A stretch of 64,000 nucleotides of DNA. Source: Pyrinomonadaceae bacterium (GTDB lineage: Bacteria > Acidobacteriota > Blastocatellia > Pyrinomonadales > Pyrinomonadaceae). The notes below the pieces were generated by a model. The model was not told the origin of the DNA. It saw only the letters and a list, made by a program, of their open reading frames with translations, and searched no databases. Shown piece after piece: positions 1 through 10,221 of this stretch (positions are counted from its first letter, which is position 1; each line of letters opens with the position of its first letter). Made by a program: the position numbers and the translations under genes. The stretch spans positions 4,237 to 68,236 of the forward strand of contig JBGSYH010000005.1 in NCBI GenBank assembly GCA_041751035.1, written 5' to 3'.

Positions 1-78
1 CTCGACCTTGAGGGAACCGAAGAATTCGACATTGATGAAGCTATGAAGATAGACATCGATAACGATGACGAACTCTAA
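1..78 (+). CDS. 3' end of an unidentified CDS (acidic C-terminus ...DIDNDDEL)
   Basis: Frame 1 is open from the window edge to TAA at 76-78. A strong intrinsic terminator follows. Confidence 0.4.
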   Translation, partial: LDLEGTEEFDIDEAMKIDIDNDDEL

Positions 79-104
79 TTCTCACAATTGCTAACACTGA
101 AATC

Positions 105-136
105 GGCCTCGTCGAGTTTTCGGCGAGGCCTTTTTT
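105..136 (+). terminator. Rho-independent terminator
   Basis: 10-bp GC-rich stem ggcctcgtcg/cggcgaggcc (one G-U pair), 6-nt loop, then TTTTTT at 131-136. Confidence 0.75.
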
Positions 137-228
137 CAGCCTTCTCGGACATCCGAGTAGAAGAATGCAAGATTCACTATCGGCCTCGTTCTAAATGTGT
201 TCCAGATCCAAATTCAGGAGAAACCTCT

Positions 229-960
229 ATGAACACTGATATCTTTAAGTGGATCGCGCTCGGAGTGGCGTTGATCCTGCTTGTTGCGGCGTTGTACGTT
301 TTTCGGCCAACGGAGAGTAGCTTAACGCGTGTCACCGTATCAGGTGATTCGCAAGCCAAATTGGCCCCGGACACCGCCGTGATTTCTTTCTCCGTTGTAA
401 CTGCCGGAAAACAGGCTATAGCTGTTCAAGATGAGAATGCCCGCAAGAGCGAAGCCGTTGCGAATGCGGTAAAGATCATCATGCCCACCGAAGGAAGCGA
501 GATAAAGACCAGCAACTATAGCCTGAATCCGCAGCAAGATTACTATTCAGGAAAGACCCCAAAGATCCTTGGATACGAGGTGCGAAACACTGTAACGGTC
601 TCCGTGAGTAAACTGGACATCGTTGGTTCGATCATTGATGCGGCAACAGCTGCCGGTGCGAACAGTGTAGAAGGCATTCAATACGTTGTCGGACAGGCGA
701 GCCCTGCACAGGGCGAAGCGTTGGCACTTGCGACAAAACAGGCAATGGCAAAGGCCGAGGCGATAGCTGCCTCACTAAACGGAAGGATCGTACGCGTGGT
801 GCAATCTACCGAAGGCGGTATCGATCCGCGGCATGTGCAGGCGAGCAATGCCTCGTCAGCTACGAATGCCGCTTCTGTATCCAGGCCGCTTACACCGATC
901 CAGAGTGGATCACTCGATGTAAGATCGAACGTTGTCCTCGTCGTGGATATTGCGAGATAA
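229..960 (+). CDS. SIMPL/DUF541-family periplasmic protein
   Basis: The ATG at 229 (MNTDIFKW...) is followed by a TM/signal segment. The sequence resembles the 26-kDa periplasmic immunogenic protein family. The ORF-track start at 88 lies inside the upstream terminator and is unlikely. Confidence 0.75.
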   Translation: MNTDIFKWIALGVALILLVAALYVFRPTESSLTRVTVSGDSQAKLAPDTAVISFSVVTAGKQAIAVQDENARKSEAVANAVKIIMPTEGSEIKTSNYSLNPQQDYYSGKTPKILGYEVRNTVTVSVSKLDIVGSIIDAATAAGANSVEGIQYVVGQASPAQGEALALATKQAMAKAEAIAASLNGRIVRVVQSTEGGIDPRHVQASNASSATNAASVSRPLTPIQSGSLDVRSNVVLVVDIAR

Positions 961-981
961 GAGCGAGGCAAAAGAAGCCCT

Positions 982-1728
982 TCAATTCATCGGTATGAAT
1001 GACCGCGAGACCCGATCGTGAAGTTTCGCGGCCAGCTTTTTTCGTTCGGGGTCAACGATCGGCTCGGCTCCAAAATTGACTACCGCTACAAAAGAAGGGA
1101 TCTGAAAATATCGAACAAGGTGCTTGAAGAAAGGTGTGTCGTCCCACCAGCATATCCAATCACTGGGACGGACACCTTCGACATCGCTTCGATAGGTGAT
1201 AGAACAATGGGAAACAGGTGTGTCGGTCTGGGCGGCAAATTCGAGGAACGATGAATTAAACGGCAGAACCTCTTCGCCTTTTGTGCTCGTGCCTTCGGGA
1301 AACACGATAACGCCCTCGCCGCCGCTCAGCCGCTCGATGACCTTTTCTCCCGCACGCGGAATGGTCCGCCGCCTACCGCGGTCGACATAGATAATTCCCA
1401 TATTAAGGATCATCCGGCCAAGGAGCGGCCAATCGCCAATGTCGTGTTTCGCGACAAAAACGCCCTTGGCCAACGAGCGGATCACGGGAATATCCATATA
1501 TCCGACGTGGTTGCTGACCAGGAAGAAAGGTGGTTGGGGCGGCTCGCCGATGACCTCGATCTTGATCGAGGCGATCCGAACAAATCCCTTTGCCCACAAT
1601 TCGAAGATCAGCTGGCGCCAGTAAACCTTATTAGGGATCAGAATTCTTCCGACCAGCCAAACACCGTAGATCCCAAACGTGAGGAAAAACAGAAGTACGA
1701 CGCGGAAAATTGATCTAATTGCCTTCAT
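982..1728 (-). CDS. Lysophospholipid (1-acyl-sn-glycerol-3-phosphate) acyltransferase, PlsC-like
   Basis: N-terminal TM helix, HX4D motif (NHVGYMD) and FPEGT motif typical of the LPLAT/PlsC family. Confidence 0.8.
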   Translation of the reverse strand: MKAIRSIFRVVLLFFLTFGIYGVWLVGRILIPNKVYWRQLIFELWAKGFVRIASIKIEVIGEPPQPPFFLVSNHVGYMDIPVIRSLAKGVFVAKHDIGDWPLLGRMILNMGIIYVDRGRRRTIPRAGEKVIERLSGGEGVIVFPEGTSTKGEEVLPFNSSFLEFAAQTDTPVSHCSITYRSDVEGVRPSDWICWWDDTPFFKHLVRYFQIPSFVAVVNFGAEPIVDPERKKLAAKLHDRVSRSFIPMN

Positions 1729-2608
1729 CCTTATCGATTTTGGTGAAATTGTATCGCAGCAAAACTCGCATCGGCAAAGCGTGTTTGCCGACTGTGGCAG
1801 GCCGCCAGTTCATTTTCCTGATCGTGTCGGCAACCGAGGCGTCCAGCCCAAAGCCGGCCCAGCGGCTTATCTCTATGTTTACGACGTTTCCGTTCTCATC
1901 GATATCGACCTCGGCTTCGACCGATGCACGGACGGAATAGAGGTTCGCGATCGTAGTGTATTCCGGCCTTATTCGGCGATACGGCATTGGCGGCCGCAGT
2001 TCTTCAAAGCCCGGTGTTCCTTCGTCCGGAACTGGCGGAAAAGGTTTGAACGGCTTTAGCGACCGGTGAGCAATAACGTTCTTTTCGACCGCCGCTATAA
2101 TTTGCCCGGAAATGTCTGATGTCCGGCTCTTGAATTCATTGGCCGCGATCTCAGGCGTACTTCCGGTGAACGAGAACATCTTCCAATCGATCAATTGCCC
2201 AGTCGATGAACTGACAACATATACGGCCGCAAAAACCTCGTAGTATTCTTCGATATCGCTCGACGTCCGCCGTGATCGTCCGGCATTCACGATCACAAAA
2301 AATGGAGTGCCGAGCAGCTCGCCGATCGCCTTTGCCTCAGACGTGTATAGATTGAAAGGATCGTCGGCATTGAACGACGATACCGACTGTTTGCTCAGAT
2401 CAAGATCATCGACACGATGCGTTTTCCTCAGCTCTTCGGCGATACCAGAACCGACAAATATCGAATATTCGTCTGCTTCCGGGACCAGGATCGCCAGTCG
2501 CTGAGCTGAAATGGAAGCTGCAAGGCCGCAGAACGCTGCAGCAAATAGAACGCACGCGAGAGCGGGCCGAAGGGCATCCTTAACGATGATAAAGCAACGC
2601 GATCTCAT
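1715..2608 (-). CDS. Secreted protein with TonB C-terminal-like domain
   Basis: Signal-like N-terminus. The C-terminal ~80 aa (VEAEVDIDENGNVVNIEI...MRVLLRYNF) resembles a TonB_C fold. The start overlaps the upstream HD gene by 29 nt, so the start is uncertain. Confidence 0.55.
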   Translation of the reverse strand: MRSRCFIIVKDALRPALACVLFAAAFCGLAASISAQRLAILVPEADEYSIFVGSGIAEELRKTHRVDDLDLSKQSVSSFNADDPFNLYTSEAKAIGELLGTPFFVIVNAGRSRRTSSDIEEYYEVFAAVYVVSSSTGQLIDWKMFSFTGSTPEIAANEFKSRTSDISGQIIAAVEKNVIAHRSLKPFKPFPPVPDEGTPGFEELRPPMPYRRIRPEYTTIANLYSVRASVEAEVDIDENGNVVNIEISRWAGFGLDASVADTIRKMNWRPATVGKHALPMRVLLRYNFTKIDKDEGN

Positions 2609-3866
2609 CTTTTAATTCAAGCGGAAAATAAACACGATGAATACGATAGCCTTCCTGCAGGCCGCGAACAGCGGAGCTGACCTCTGATATCTCCCGAATC
2701 TCCGGACGCGAAAATCCGGCTTCAACATAGATCAGATCCTTTGGCTTGGCCGAGTCCTTGATATAGAAATTGTGGGCCGCATCGCCGGCTTTGTCTTCGA
2801 TCAAATAGAATGCCGGATCAAAACCACCTTTTTCTGCTGTCTTTCGCGAGTTTTCAATAAACTTGCTTCGTTCGCTCTCGGGCATATCGAGGTCGAAACC
2901 CTTAAACAAGCGGCGGTTGATGAAGCGTGAAGAAAGGTCAGAAAGTATCGGGTCGTCGGACAGCTGCCACTGTTTGATGTGAAAAAGAAAATCACTATCG
3001 TCCAACGAAAGATGTTCCTCGAGCGTAAGTGCCTGACCTTTTAGCACTGATGCGAACGCCGTGCCCTCGGCAAACCATACATCTTTGCCACCGGCGAAAA
3101 GATCCAACGCACGCCGTATCAATGATCGCAGGATCGCTTCGGCAGAACGCAGCGTTCGATGGAAATATACCTGCCGAAACATATAATAACGCGCTTGAAG
3201 GTAATCTTCGACGGCTGAAATTCCCGGCGCCGAAACGTATAAATGATCACCGTCGCGGTTGATCTCAAGCGATTTTATAATCCATTCAATATCGTAAACG
3301 CCGTACTTGGCTCCGGTCATCAATGAATCGCGAAGCAGGTAATCCATCCGGTCAACATCAAGCTGAGACGAAACAAGCTGTGCAAGCGCCATCGGCCGAA
3401 ATGTGCCGTCAATGATCGCGGCAACACGCTGCGGCAGGGCCTGGTCGAATGACCTAAGCAACTGGCCGACCTCGGTCTCAGAGCTCAAGATCGCTTCGAT
3501 CGTGAATGCTTCGTGGTGGAAATCGAGTATCGGTTCGATCACATGCGAGAAAGCCCCATGGCCAATATCGTGAAGCAATGCGGCAACACGAACAGCAAGC
3601 GCGTCCTCCGGGTCGATCTGATGCGAAACGCCCAACTTAAAAAGTATTCGGGTCGCAAGATGAAACGCTCCTAGGCTGTGCGTAAAACGGCTGTGCTCCG
3701 CACCCTGGTACGCAAAATGAGCCAAGCCCAATTGCCGGATCCGCCGCAGCCGCTGAAACTCGCGCGAATCAATTAGATCCGCGAGCAATTGCCCTTCAGA
3801 CGTGTCCGTTTTAAGGCGGATAATGTTATGTACTGAATCGCGGTAGATCCGCTCTGGTGTAAGCAT
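2580..3866 (-). CDS. HD-domain metal-dependent phosphohydrolase (dNTP triphosphohydrolase-like)
   Basis: Contains RFTHSLG...LLHDIGHGAFSH motifs and a 428-aa architecture typical of HD/SAMHD1-like proteins. Confidence 0.85.
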   Translation of the reverse strand: MLTPERIYRDSVHNIIRLKTDTSEGQLLADLIDSREFQRLRRIRQLGLAHFAYQGAEHSRFTHSLGAFHLATRILFKLGVSHQIDPEDALAVRVAALLHDIGHGAFSHVIEPILDFHHEAFTIEAILSSETEVGQLLRSFDQALPQRVAAIIDGTFRPMALAQLVSSQLDVDRMDYLLRDSLMTGAKYGVYDIEWIIKSLEINRDGDHLYVSAPGISAVEDYLQARYYMFRQVYFHRTLRSAEAILRSLIRRALDLFAGGKDVWFAEGTAFASVLKGQALTLEEHLSLDDSDFLFHIKQWQLSDDPILSDLSSRFINRRLFKGFDLDMPESERSKFIENSRKTAEKGGFDPAFYLIEDKAGDAAHNFYIKDSAKPKDLIYVEAGFSRPEIREISEVSSAVRGLQEGYRIHRVYFPLELKDEIALLYHR

Positions 3867-3958
3867 TGTTTATCGTTGCCCTGAAGCCGACGGTAAGCGA
3901 GCAGGATATGCAGGTCCGAAGATGTTAATCGAATTTGTTAGTTGCTCGGTTACCAGAG

Positions 3959-3967
3959 TGCTATAAT
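3959..3967 (+). promoter_or_regulatory. Candidate extended -10 promoter element (TGcTATAAT)
   Basis: tgcTATAAT lies about 45 nt upstream of the ATG at 4013, and AGGAGG sits 7 nt before that start. No good -35 element was seen. Confidence 0.35.
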
Positions 3968-4012
3968 ACGTTTCTCTAAACAAGACAAGCAACTCTTCTC
4001 TAGGAGGTAGTA

Positions 4013-5050
4013 ATGAGATCAGGGAGCAATTATAGATTTCGGCAACTGGCATATGGGTTTGCCCTGGCGGTCGCGTTCTTTGGGGCTTCGGTACCGGTAA
4101 ATGCCGCACATACGATAGCCGGGATAGTTTTCGATGGAAATCGTAATGCTCTTCCGGATCTCGATGTTGAACTGTTGGACCAATTCTATCGAACGATCGC
4201 CCGGCAAAAGACCGGCGGCGGCGGTCGATTTGAATTTAATGTCGCAACGGCATCTCGATATACGGTCAAGGTCTATGCGTTTCGTTACGATTTTGAAGAC
4301 CAGTCTCAGGAGGTCGTGGTCTCGGCCGTTTCTGCGGTCGCTGGTGAGTCCGGCAGTTCGTATACAAATGTAGATTTTTATCTCCAGCCGCGAAGGGGAA
4401 GCCTGATGGAGGCGGAGTTAGGGGTTATTTTTGCTCAAGATATCCCAACAGAAGCAAAACGAGCTTATGAAGGAGCTATCAAGGATTTTTCCACAAAACG
4501 GAATGCTGAGGGATTTGAGGGTTTGAATCGAGCGATCGAATTAAAACCTGATTATTACCTGGCATTGAATAAAATGGGTCGCGAGCTATTTGTCCAAGCA
4601 AGATATGCGGAAGCCGTTCCATTTCTTCTGAAAGCTAGCGAACTGAATCAGAAAAGCCCAACAACGTTTTATTACTTAGGGGCTTCGCTTTTCTATCTTG
4701 GCAAGGACTTTCATAAGGCGGCGTTGGCTTCATTGGGTCGAGCGGCGTTTCTCGCGCCGTCGGCACCACAGATCCATTTTGTTCTCGGGCGGGTCCAACG
4801 CAGTGAAAAGAGATTTGCTGAGGCCGAAATTAGCCTGGTAAAGGCAAAGAAGCTTGCCTCGTCAAACATCCCGGATATCCACAAGGAATTGGCTCAGCTT
4901 TATAGCGACGACCTCAAGAAATATGCCGAGGCCGCAAACGAACTCGAAGCGTATATGAAGAGCAGCAATCAAAAAGGTGTCGACCAGGAAAAGACAAAAC
5001 AAGTGATCGCCAATCTTCGGGCGAAAGCTCGCTCGAATCCGAATGATTGA
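4013..5050 (+). CDS. Secreted carboxypeptidase-regulatory-like domain plus TPR repeat protein
   Basis: Signal peptide, then an N-terminal beta-sandwich-like segment (GIVFDGNRNALPDLDVELLD) and C-terminal TPR-like repeats. The SD is strong. Confidence 0.8.
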   Translation: MRSGSNYRFRQLAYGFALAVAFFGASVPVNAAHTIAGIVFDGNRNALPDLDVELLDQFYRTIARQKTGGGGRFEFNVATASRYTVKVYAFRYDFEDQSQEVVVSAVSAVAGESGSSYTNVDFYLQPRRGSLMEAELGVIFAQDIPTEAKRAYEGAIKDFSTKRNAEGFEGLNRAIELKPDYYLALNKMGRELFVQARYAEAVPFLLKASELNQKSPTTFYYLGASLFYLGKDFHKAALASLGRAAFLAPSAPQIHFVLGRVQRSEKRFAEAEISLVKAKKLASSNIPDIHKELAQLYSDDLKKYAEAANELEAYMKSSNQKGVDQEKTKQVIANLRAKARSNPND

Positions 5051-5077
5051 TCAATAGCCTATTCAATGAGTGTCATA

Positions 5078-5106
5078 AAGCCCCGCATTACCGGGGCTTT
5101 TATTTT
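5078..5106 (+). terminator. Rho-independent terminator
   Basis: Stem aaagccccg/cggggcttt followed by a T-run (tattttg), 28 nt after the stop at 5050. Confidence 0.75.
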
Positions 5107-5165
5107 GGGAAATGATCGGCCTAGTGTTCGATGTTGGTATTCAAACCGTCATTTTGAAGGCCGGA

Positions 5166-5197
5166 CAAGAAAAAGGCTCGCCCTTTCGAGCGAGCCT
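5166..5197 (-). terminator. Rho-independent terminator of the TonB-dependent receptor gene
   Basis: On the minus strand: aggctcgc-loop-gcgagcct followed by TTTTTCTTG, just downstream of the stop at 5219. Confidence 0.65.
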
Positions 5198-5218
5198 ATA
5201 GACTGATCAAAGATCAGA

Positions 5219-8200
5219 TTAGAAGAAGAACCGTGCGCCGAAGCGAACTGTTCTTGGGTTCTGGTAACCATTCGGCTCGCCATAGGTATTAACCTGTCCG
5301 GCAGCAGAGGTTCCCTGAGCAGCAAGGTGGTTAAGGACAAACTGACGGATACCGCTACCATTGAATATGGTATTGAATACCGCAGCTTCCTGCACACCGC
5401 CCGAATCAGTTGCCAAACCACAAGTGGTACATCCGTTTGCACGGAGGACTGACGCATTGTAGTTCGTACCGCTGATCGTCGTACTGACAGTCACAACATT
5501 TCTTTCATCGAAGATATTTCGAATATCGAGAAATGGTTCGAGGGTGAACCTGTTATCGCGACCGAATTTGTACCGATGGCTGATATTAAAGTCAGTTTCG
5601 GTAAACATTTCAGTCCGGCCCAAGTCGCCGCGGCCATTCAAGATCGTGGTTCCAAGGCTGTACAGGTTATAGATAGTGGTCAAAGGCGTACCTGATTGGA
5701 AAGTAGTAAAAGCAGAAATGGTTGTTCTGTTCGTATTATTTCCCATCCAGTTCCAGCTATAACCGCCGTATGCCTTGAAGACATGCGGTCGATCGGTAGC
5801 AAGGCGGCCATTGTCCGGTTCACCATCTGCCGTGTAGCCGAGGGGCGGAAGGTCAAAGAAGCGGTTTACGTTCGGGCTGTTTCGGCCGGCTTCATCAGAG
5901 CTCGCCAAACCTGAATAGTTACCGAAAAGGCGACTATAGGTATAGCTTGCATTGTAGAAGTAGTTGGTCGCCCGGCGATCAACTCGAACCTCAACAGCGT
6001 CATAATCACGCACGGCTTTGGTGCATGGCAGGTTCGCCGTCTGCGAGATCTCGCAGGTCAAGCCAATTCCCGGGTTTCCGATGATGTATGCTTCGGAGCC
6101 CTGCGAATTGACCACACCTACGTCTTCCACAGTTCGATCGATCTGCTTGTGCGTATAACGTGCACTGAGAACCATGTTGCGTGTCAATTCACGCTCGAAA
6201 CCGATCGTGTATTCGCTCTGGCGGGCTGCCTTCAGGTTCGGGTCAACTGCACCCGTTTCGAAGATATCCGCTCCCTGTGAATTGGTTGCGATACGGAAGT
6301 CGAACTGACAGATCGACCATCCACCCGGATGAACGGGTGCGTTCGGGCCTGGGCAAGTACCGCCGATCGGGTCGGAGAAATTGCCAAGGATGTTAGCGAA
6401 CGTGTAGTTGCTAAAGTTCGTGCCGCGGCTCGGCAGGATCTCGAAATAGTCGTTTCGGAAGAAGTCGCCGCCAAACGAACCGCGAGGCAGTTCATATTTG
6501 AAACGATCATAGAACCAGCCATAGCTACCAAAAAGCTTGGTCTTTCCGTCGCCGGTAAGATCGTATGCAACACCAAAACGCGGAGCGATCTTGTCACCCC
6601 AACCGAACCTTATCGAGGTTCCAGAACCAAAACTCGGAACTTCTTCGTTTTCGATACGAACACCGAAATTGAGTGTCAATCGGCGTGCGATCTGCCACGA
6701 ATCTTGGACAAAGAGTGCTTGGTTAACACTGCTTGCTTCACCCTGTGTACCGAAACGCTGGATCCAGCCCGCGCCCCAGTTGCATGGATCGCCAGGTGCG
6801 GCAGTGCCACAATATCCCGAAGGATTGGCTACTGTCGAACCAGTCGGGGTTTGACCTGTCAGCGACGAGATTGGAACACCGTAATCGAGAACAACAACAC
6901 CCAAGTTAACGTGGCCGCGGTCAACCGAGTTGAAAAGACGGTTCCACTGATAGCCGAACTTGATGTTGTGTCGTCCGCCGGCATTGATACCGACGAAAGC
7001 CGCATCTGCGTCAAATGTCGTACGGGTCGAAACGTCCCGGTCAATACCGTTATTGTTGGGAACGCTGTTGAAGCCGCCGACACAACCAGAACCGGGTACA
7101 CTTGCAGCTCCGGCATTTCGGCAGAAGAAGCGGGTAACCGCGGGTGTGAAGTAAGACGCCAGGCGCTCATTGAGGAACGTGCGGCCGAAACGGAAATTGA
7201 GCACCGTATTTCGGTTCGCGGTCCATGTTGCCTGGGTATTTACCGTGTTGCTGTTCTGGCGACCGCCCTGGCGGTCGAGAAGCTCTGCTCCGCGAAGTAC
7301 ACCAATGTTCCCGCCGAAATTCACCCGAGCCGGTGCTGAACTTAGGCCAGCGGTCCGACCGGTTAAAAGGCCGTTTTGAATGATCGGGTTCCAAAGGAAT
7401 GTTCCGAAGACACGAAGATTCTCAAATGGTTGAGCATCAATGCGTGCGAAAGCTTGTTCGGTCCGCTCATTTGTTCGATATTCGATCGTCTCACTGATAG
7501 AACGGATGTTCGGATTGGAACTCGGAGAGCCGGTAGCAGGATTGACATAATAATCAACCAAACGGGAAACTTCAGCGATCTGCGGAGCATATATCAAAGA
7601 CATCCAAAGACGATTCTTGACAATGGGTCCGCTTACGCTAGCAACCGGGAACCAGTTGGTTCCACCGTCTCTTTTCGACTGAAACTGTTCAAACTGTCCC
7701 GCTCCTGCTCCCCAACGATTGAGGAAAAGGTTAGGAGTGCCCTGGAACCGCGAAGGTTCGAAAGACGTTCCAAAGTTTCCGCGCCAACGGTTGTTTCCGC
7801 CCGATGTGACAACGTTAATAACACCACCAGTCGCTCCGCCGTATTCGGCATCGAAACCGGTCGATTTGATCTGTACTTCCTGAAGAAGTTCAAAAGGCAG
7901 ATTACTGTTGGGGGTCAAAACGCCTGAACGGAAGTTTGTGACTTCCTGTCCATCAACAACGAAAACGTTTTCGGAGCCTGAAGCACCGTCAACCTGAAAT
8001 CCGCCGCCGAGTGCTTCGGGTCGAACGTTCGGGGCAATTTTCAATAAGCTGTCGAATCGGGTTCCTTTCGGAAGCGATTCAATGATCTGCTTTGTAATAT
8101 TCGTATCGATCGTCGTATTGCCCGGATCGATCTGGACTGTATTATCAGCCGTAACATCTACGACCCCCGTCACTCCAGCAGCTGTAAGGCTGAAATTGAC

Positions 8201-8518
8201 TGCCGAGGTTCGGTCGATGACGACCGTAACATCGCTCGAGCGTTCAGCAAAATTCGTTGCTGAGGCAGTAACGGAATAAGTTCCTGCCGGTACGCTCCTG
8301 ATGGAATAAAAGCCGCTGCTATTAGCGGTGACGGTTCGACTAAATCCGCCAGTGGTGCCGGTGCTAACGATAACAACTGTCGCATTTGGAACGACAGCAC
8401 CGTTTGCATCAACCACTGTGCCTTCAATCGCACCGGTAGTTCCCTGCCCAAATGCAATAGCTGAAAAGCTAAACACAAAGGCAAGAACCGCGGATAGAAA
8501 CTTGAAGTTCTTGTTCAT
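5219..8518 (-). CDS. TonB-dependent outer-membrane receptor with N-terminal carboxypeptidase-regulatory-like domain
   Basis: 1099 aa with a signal peptide, a CarboxypepD_reg-like N-terminus (GTVVDANGAVVPNATV), plug/barrel-like sequence and a C-terminal ...FGARFFF. AGGAG SD present. Confidence 0.9.
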   Translation of the reverse strand: MNKNFKFLSAVLAFVFSFSAIAFGQGTTGAIEGTVVDANGAVVPNATVVIVSTGTTGGFSRTVTANSSGFYSIRSVPAGTYSVTASATNFAERSSDVTVVIDRTSAVNFSLTAAGVTGVVDVTADNTVQIDPGNTTIDTNITKQIIESLPKGTRFDSLLKIAPNVRPEALGGGFQVDGASGSENVFVVDGQEVTNFRSGVLTPNSNLPFELLQEVQIKSTGFDAEYGGATGGVINVVTSGGNNRWRGNFGTSFEPSRFQGTPNLFLNRWGAGAGQFEQFQSKRDGGTNWFPVASVSGPIVKNRLWMSLIYAPQIAEVSRLVDYYVNPATGSPSSNPNIRSISETIEYRTNERTEQAFARIDAQPFENLRVFGTFLWNPIIQNGLLTGRTAGLSSAPARVNFGGNIGVLRGAELLDRQGGRQNSNTVNTQATWTANRNTVLNFRFGRTFLNERLASYFTPAVTRFFCRNAGAASVPGSGCVGGFNSVPNNNGIDRDVSTRTTFDADAAFVGINAGGRHNIKFGYQWNRLFNSVDRGHVNLGVVVLDYGVPISSLTGQTPTGSTVANPSGYCGTAAPGDPCNWGAGWIQRFGTQGEASSVNQALFVQDSWQIARRLTLNFGVRIENEEVPSFGSGTSIRFGWGDKIAPRFGVAYDLTGDGKTKLFGSYGWFYDRFKYELPRGSFGGDFFRNDYFEILPSRGTNFSNYTFANILGNFSDPIGGTCPGPNAPVHPGGWSICQFDFRIATNSQGADIFETGAVDPNLKAARQSEYTIGFERELTRNMVLSARYTHKQIDRTVEDVGVVNSQGSEAYIIGNPGIGLTCEISQTANLPCTKAVRDYDAVEVRVDRRATNYFYNASYTYSRLFGNYSGLASSDEAGRNSPNVNRFFDLPPLGYTADGEPDNGRLATDRPHVFKAYGGYSWNWMGNNTNRTTISAFTTFQSGTPLTTIYNLYSLGTTILNGRGDLGRTEMFTETDFNISHRYKFGRDNRFTLEPFLDIRNIFDERNVVTVSTTISGTNYNASVLRANGCTTCGLATDSGGVQEAAVFNTIFNGSGIRQFVLNHLAAQGTSAAGQVNTYGEPNGYQNPRTVRFGARFFF

Positions 8519-8910
8519 TTTTTATCTCCTTTGAAAAGATCGTGTCCTTTAAGAGAGCCCGTAACATGAATGCCTTAAAATATTTGGATAGTGATCCAAG
8601 CATTCGCGTTGATTAATCGAATCGATGATCAGAAATTAAAAAGAACAGTCCGCCAAAATCACATAAGCTATGTCATTGGGGCATTCTGTTCGTCCAGGGG
8701 AGAAAAACTGAACCATCAATTCTTAAAGCAATCTTCTAAAACCAGAATAGAAGTTTTGCAAGACACGCTCGCACTTCTATATATTGCAACTATTGTGCCG
8801 ACCTATGGAATGCAAATAATCCCATTGTTATGCGGAAAGGAAGGATCGACGAAAGGTTTACGTCATCAAAAAATCCGAGAAAATGAATTTTTATCCATTT
8901 GCTGAATTAA

Positions 8911-9582
8911 TTAGAAATTCAGGATATGCCCAAGTTTTTCTTTCTTGGTTCGGAGGTAGTGGGCGGCGGGTTCGTCGCCAGTTATTTCGATGGGAATGCG
9001 TTCGACTATTGTAAGGCCGGCTTCTTCGAGGGCTTTTAGTTTGTCGGGGTTATTTGAGATGACCTTTACTTTGCAAAGGCCAAGATCGAAAAGTATCTCG
9101 GCGCACTGTTTATATTCACGTGCGTCGATGGCGAAGCCAAGTTTTTCGTTCGCTTCAACCGTATCGGCTCCTTCATCTTGAAGTGCATAGGCGCGTATCT
9201 TGTTCAAGATGCCGATACCGCGGCCTTCCTGCTGCTGATAGACGATCGCACCGCGGCCTTCCGTCTCGATCATCTCCATCGTTCGATGAAGTTGCGGCCC
9301 GCAGTCACACTTGACCGAGCCAAAGACATCGCCGGTCAGGCACTGTGAGTGTATTCGCACAAGAGTCGGAACTTCCGCCTCCATCTCGCCTTTGTACAGC
9401 ACTACGAACTCTTCATCGCTTCTTAGCGAACGATAGCCGACTATGCGGAAATCGCCGTATTTGGTCGGTAGTTTCGCCTCAGCCACACGTTCTACGGACA
9501 GGCCGCTCCGCCCCGCAGAACAGCTGTCGGAGCCGTTAACGGACTCTGTGGTCGTATGATCTAAAAGCGGTAGCACGTCCAT
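8911..9582 (-). CDS. ribA: GTP cyclohydrolase II
   Basis: Carries the [23 protein letters not shown] zinc motif and [10 protein letters not shown] motif characteristic of RibA. Confidence 0.9.
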   Translation of the reverse strand: MDVLPLLDHTTTESVNGSDSCSAGRSGLSVERVAEAKLPTKYGDFRIVGYRSLRSDEEFVVLYKGEMEAEVPTLVRIHSQCLTGDVFGSVKCDCGPQLHRTMEMIETEGRGAIVYQQQEGRGIGILNKIRAYALQDEGADTVEANEKLGFAIDAREYKQCAEILFDLGLCKVKVISNNPDKLKALEEAGLTIVERIPIEITGDEPAAHYLRTKKEKLGHILNF

Positions 9583-9654
9583 AATTATAAACCTTACCGA
9601 AAGGAATTCCGAACCATTTTATTCGCGCGGGCGAGACGATCGGTTGCATCCCAA

Positions 9655-9701
9655 CCAAAACAATGCCGCCATCCGAAGCATTTCAGCAATTCGAATGGCG
9701 G
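9655..9701 (-). terminator. Candidate rho-independent terminator after the anti-sigma gene
   Basis: Minus-strand 12-bp stem ccgccattcgaa/ttcggatggcgg (one G-U pair) followed by cattgtttt. Confidence 0.45.
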
Positions 9702-9723
9702 ACAAACGCGGTTTCCTTAACGT

Positions 9724-10146
9724 TTATTGATCTTTTTCGTTTTCTGGCTCTTCTTTTTGTTCTTCTTCCTCTTCCTGATGGGCGAAAACTGCACCATCCG
9801 CGGTCCCGAAAATCTTTGAGAAAAGTCCACTCAATACTTCGGAGATCTTGGCCGTTCCGATGCCCGCAGGTGCTGCTTCGATCGGAGCGTCAGCAAATTC
9901 CAGATGGAGCTTGATCAACTCGGCCGAAATATGGCGGCAAAAGGAACACTTCACCAAATGGCCGACTATTTGATCGGTTTCGCGAGCGTTTATCGAGCCC
10001 TCAACGAAAGCCGAGAGCATATCGTGATCCAAATGGTTCGCAGACGCACGTTCGGTGTCGAATGCTTCGCGTCGATTGGCAAGATACTGTCCTATCAAGC
10101 CTTGGATCTTTAATTCTTGTTCTGTTAGTTCCACAGTATTTGCCAT
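9724..10146 (-). CDS. Putative zf-HC2 anti-sigma factor
   Basis: H-x3-C-x2-C motif (HLVKCSFCRH), sits downstream of a sigma-70 family gene and has an acidic tail. The ATG at 10146 is preceded by GGAGGA. Confidence 0.6.
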   Translation of the reverse strand: MANTVELTEQELKIQGLIGQYLANRREAFDTERASANHLDHDMLSAFVEGSINARETDQIVGHLVKCSFCRHISAELIKLHLEFADAPIEAAPAGIGTAKISEVLSGLFSKIFGTADGAVFAHQEEEEEQKEEPENEKDQ

Positions 10147-10221
10147 GGTTTCAGTCCTCCCAGAACTTAGACGTTCTCGGCCTGAAACATTTGCGTAACC
10201 CAAAGAATTTCCTTCGATGCA

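Noticed and set aside
6329-7339. 336-aa plus-strand ORF inside the TonB-dependent receptor gene
   Set aside because: It is antisense to a 1099-aa receptor with clear family features and is compositionally a shadow ORF.
8591-8905. 104-aa plus-strand ORF in the AT-rich spacer
   Set aside because: It has no SD, an atypical low-GC composition and no recognisable motif, so it was left as non-coding.
8519-8910. Cobalamin riboswitch upstream of the TonB-dependent receptor
   Set aside because: No B12-box-like GCCACTG core (CAGTGGC on the plus strand) or surrounding conserved helices were visible.
9583-9723. FMN (RFN) riboswitch upstream of ribA
   Set aside because: The reverse complement shows no RFN core. 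The region instead contains the terminator hairpin of the upstream anti-sigma gene.
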